Shown here piece after piece: positions 60,901 to 64,000 of a stretch of 64,000 nucleotides of DNA (positions within the stretch are counted from its first letter, which is position 1; each line of letters opens with the position of its first letter). A model generated the notes under the pieces. The model was not told the origin of the DNA and made no database searches. It was given only the letters and a program-made list of their open reading frames with translations. A program made the translations under genes and the position numbers. This DNA is from the human T2T-CHM13v2.0 reference genome, Homo sapiens, in NCBI RefSeq assembly GCF_009914755.1, contig NC_060943.1, one strand, 5' to 3'.

Positions 60901-63900
60901 ATGTGTGCGTTCAACTCACAGAGTTTAACCTTTCTTTTCATAGAGCAGTTAGGAAACACTCTGTTTGTAAAGTCTGCAAGTGGATATTCAGACCTCCTTG
61001 AGGCCTTCTTTGGAAACGGGATTTCTTCATATTATGCTAGACAGAAGACTTCTCAGTAACTTCCTTGTATTGTGTGTATTCAACTCACAGAGTTGAACGA
61101 TCCTTTACACAGAGTAGACTTGAAACACTGTTTTTGTGGAATTGACAAGTGGAGATTTCAGCCGCTTTGAGGTCAATGGTAGAAAAGGAAATATCTTCGT
61201 ATAAAAACTAGACAGAGTGATTCTCAGAAACTCCTTTGTGATGTCTGCGTTCAACTGACAGAGTTTAACCTTTCTTTTCATAGAGCAGTTAGGAAACACT
61301 CTGTTTGTAAAGTCTGCAAGTGGATATTCAGACCTCCTTGAGGCCTTCGTTGGAAACGGGATTTCTTCATATTCTGCTATACAGAAGAATTCTCAGAAAC
61401 TTTCTTGTGTTGTGTGTATTCAACTCACAGAGTTGAACGATCCTTTACACAGAGCAGACTTTAAACACTCTTTTTGTGGAATTGGCAAGTGGAGATTTCA
61501 GCCGCTTTGAGGTCAATGGTAGAAAAGGAAATATCTTCGTATAAAAACTAGACAGAATGATTCTCAGAAACTCCTTTGTGATGTGTGCGTTCAACTCACA
61601 GAGTTTAACCTTTCTTTTCATAGAGCAGTTAGGAAACACTCTGTTTGTAAAGTCTGCAAGTGGATATTCAGACATCTTTGAGGCCTTCGTTGGAAACGGG
61701 ATTTCTTCATATTATGTTAGACAGAAGAATTCTCAGTAACTTCCTTGTGCTGTGTGTATTCAACTCACAGAGTTGAACGATCCTTTACACAGAGCAGACT
61801 TGAAACACTCTTTTTGTGGAATTTGCAAGTGGAGATTTCAGCCGCTTTGAGGTCAATGGTAGAAAAGGAAATATCTTCGTATAAAAACTAGACAGAATGA
61901 TTCTCAGAAACTCCTTTGTGATGTGTGCGTTCAACTCACAGAGTTTAACCTTTCTTTTCATAGAGCAGTTAGGAAACACTCTGTTTGTAACGTCTGCAAG
62001 TGGATATTCAGACCTCCTTGAGGCCTTCGTTGGAAACGGGATTTCTTCATATTCTGCTACAGAGAAGAAGTCTCAGTAACTTCCTTGTGTTGTGTGTATT
62101 CAACTCACAGAGTTGAACGATCCTTTACACAGAGCAGACTTGAAACACTCTTTTTGTGGAATTTGCAAGTGGAGATTTCAGCCGCTTTGAGGTCAATGGT
62201 AGAATAGGAAATATCTTCCTATAGAAACTAGACAGAATTGTTCTCAGAAACTCCTTTGTGATGTGTGCGTTCAACTCACAGAGTTTAACCTTTCTTTTCA
62301 TAGAGCAGTTAGGAAACACTCTGTTTGTAAAGTCTGGAAGTGGATATTCAGACCTCCTTGAGGCCTTCGTTGGAAACGGGATTTCTTCATATTATGCTTG
62401 ACAGAAGACTTCTCCGTAACTTCCTTGTATTGTGTGTATTCAACTCACAGAGTTGAACGATCCTTTACACAGAGCAGACTTGAAACACTCTTTTTGTGGA
62501 ATTTGCAAGTGGAGATTTCAGCCGCTTTGAGGTCCATGGTAGAAAAGGAAATATCTTCGTATAAAAACTAGACAGAATGATTCTCAGAAACTCCGTTGTG
62601 ATGTGTGCGTTCAACTCACAGAGTTTAACCTTTCTTTTCATAGAGCAGTTAGGAAACACTCTGTTTGTAAAGTCTGCAAGTGGATATTCAGACCTCTTTG
62701 AGGCCTTCGTTGGAAACGGGATTTCTTCATATTCTGCTACAGAGAAGAATTCTCAGTAACTTCCTTGTGTTGTGTGTATTCAACTCACAGAGTTCAACGA
62801 TCCTTTACACAGAGCAGACTTGAAACACTGTTTTTGTGGAATTTGCAAGTGGAGATTTCAGCCGCTTTGAGGTCAATGGTAGAAAAGGAAATATCTTCCT
62901 ATAAAAACTAGACAGAGTGATTCTCAGAAATTCCTTTGTGATGTCTGCGTTCAACTGACAGAGTTTAACCTTTCTTTTCATAGAGCAGTTAGGAAACACT
63001 CTGTTTGTAAAGTCTGCAAGTGGATATTCAGACCTCCTTGAGGCCTTCGTTGGAAACGGGATTTCTTCATATTATGCTAGACAGAAGAATTCTCAGTAAC
63101 TTCCTTGTGTTGTGTGTATTCAACTCACAGAATTGAACGATCCTTTACACAGAGCAGACTTGAAACACTCTTTTTGTGGAATTTGCAAGTGGAGATTTCT
63201 GCCGCTTTGAGGTCAATGGTAGAAAAGGAAATATCTTCGTATAAAAACTAGAGAGAATGATTCTCAGAAACTCCTTTGTGATGTGTGCGTTCAACTCACA
63301 GAGTTTAACCTTTCTTTTCATAGAGCAGTTAGGAAACACTCTGTTTGTAAAGTCTGCAAGTGGATATTCGGACCTCCTTGAGGCCTTCTTGGAAACGGGA
63401 TTTCTTCTTATTATGCTACACAGAAAAATTCTCAGTAACTTCCTTGTGTTGTGTGTATTCAACTCACAGAGTTGAATGATCCTTTACAGAGAGCAGACTT
63501 GAAACACTCTTTTTGTGGAATTTGCAAGTGGAGATTTCAGCCGCTTTGAGGTCAATGGTAGAATAGGAAATATCTTCCTATAGAAACTAGACAGAATGAT
63601 TCTCAGAAAATCCTTTGTGATGTGTGCGTTCAACTCACAGAGTTTAACCTTTCTTTTCATAGAGCAGTTAGGAAACACTCTGTTTGTAAAGTCTGCAAGT
63701 GGATATTTAGACCTCTTTGGGGCCTTCGTTGGAAACGGGCTTTCTTCATATTATGCTAGACACAAGAATTCTCAGTAACTTCCTTGTGTTGTGTGTATTC
63801 AACTCACAGAGTTGAACGATCTCTTACACAGAGCAGAGTTGAAACACTCTTTTTCTGGAATTTGCAAGTGGAGATTTCAGCCGCTTTGAGGTCAATGGTA

Positions 63901-64000
63901 GAATAGGAAATATCTTCCTATAGAAACTAGACAGAATGATTCTCAGAAACTCCTTTGTGATGTGTGCGTTCAACTCACAGAGATTAACCTTTCTTTTCAT
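27917..64000 (+). repeat. Heterogeneous SF1 dimeric alpha satellite without a fixed HOR (D1Z7/D5Z2/D19Z3-like class), a patchwork of block duplications
   Basis: The 340-bp period persists but the A-E order is lost. Many near-consensus dimers (TATTATG, CAGTAACT, GAATAGG...CCTATAG) occur, with more private SNPs and nine small deletions. The family name is inferred from the dimeric organisation. Confidence 0.75.
55783..59178 (+). repeat. Tandem duplication of a 1698-bp five-dimer unit unrelated in phase and markers to the left-hand HOR
   Basis: A 2-bp deletion (CACAGTTTAA, ~55826/57524), ATTTCCTCTTATT, GCCAAACAG (~56960/58658), GAATTGACAAG and GACTTTAAAC (~57381/59079) recur at 1698 bp. Confidence 0.88.

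Larger units (their letters stand above)
1..64000 (+). repeat. Alpha satellite (alphoid) tandem array, suprachromosomal family 1 J1/J2 dimer, 340-bp period, about 188 dimers
   Basis: Alphoid motifs (ATTCTCAGAAACT, TTCAACTCACAGAGTT, TTGAAACACTCTTTTTGT, GCAAGTGGA, GGAAATATCTTC) recur with alternating 171/169-bp spacing (ATTCTCAG at 213, 384, 553). GAATTC occurs about once per 340 bp and a CENP-B box site once per dimer. The ORF track repeats every 340 bp. Confidence 0.99.

Noticed and set aside
269-63678. Minus-strand ORFs of 64-105 aa (MFPNCSMKRKVKLCELN...) with a basic KRKVK stretch resembling a nuclear localisation signal
   Set aside because: They are antisense translations of the satellite; the KRKVK comes from the TTTCTTTTCAT tract. 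Their apparent conservation reflects DNA homogenisation, not coding constraint.
41-63778. Plus-strand ORFs of 60-124 aa (MILRNSFVMCAF...) in most dimers
   Set aside because: They recur with the 340-bp period, their stops and frameshifts vary freely with repeat SNPs, and they show no recognisable domain or gene structure. These are chance open frames in alpha satellite.
1-64000. CRISPR-like or diversity-generating cassette array (constant segments alternating with variable ones)
   Set aside because: There are no unique spacers; whole units are highly similar along their length, and there are no cas, reverse transcriptase or recombinase genes.
1-64000. L1, Alu or other insertion, or an inversion
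   Set aside because: The 340-bp phase is fully accounted for by ten small deletions totalling 25 bp. I saw no poly-A tail, target-site duplication or reverse-strand monomer.
1-64000. Definitive chromosome and species assignment (human chr16 D16Z2 boundary)
   Set aside because: The 1.7-kb SF1 10-mer fits D16Z2, but closely related SF1 dimeric arrays on chr1, 5 and 19 have local multimers. Mapping to T2T references is needed, so it is reported only as likely.

Overview
The whole 64 kb is centromeric alpha satellite DNA, most likely human, in one orientation and without interruption. It consists of about 188 copies of a 340-bp dimer (171-bp A-type monomer plus 169-bp CENP-B-box monomer, about one EcoRI GAATTC per dimer), which is the suprachromosomal family 1 (J1/J2) organisation. 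I see no genes, RNA genes, transposon insertions or inversions; the ORFs recur every 340 bp and are repeat artefacts. The window spans the edge of an array. From 1 to ~17.4 kb there is a highly homogeneous 1700-bp 10-monomer higher-order repeat (HOR) of five dimers, labelled A-E here, matching the size of chr16 D16Z2/S1C16H1L. From 17.4 to 25.2 kb it gives way to 8-mer, 16-mer and 6-mer structural variants. A CENP-B-box-poor transition zone lies at 25.2-27.9 kb. From 27.9 kb to the end is a heterogeneous dimeric patchwork, resembling the D1Z7/D5Z2/D19Z3 dimer class, with small deletions, dispersed block duplications, a residual ~2380-bp period and a separately arisen 1698-bp tandem unit. I found no evidence of a new gene system. 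The interest lies in the visible record of HOR birth, recombination and layered array expansion. All marker counts were made by eye and need alignment to confirm.
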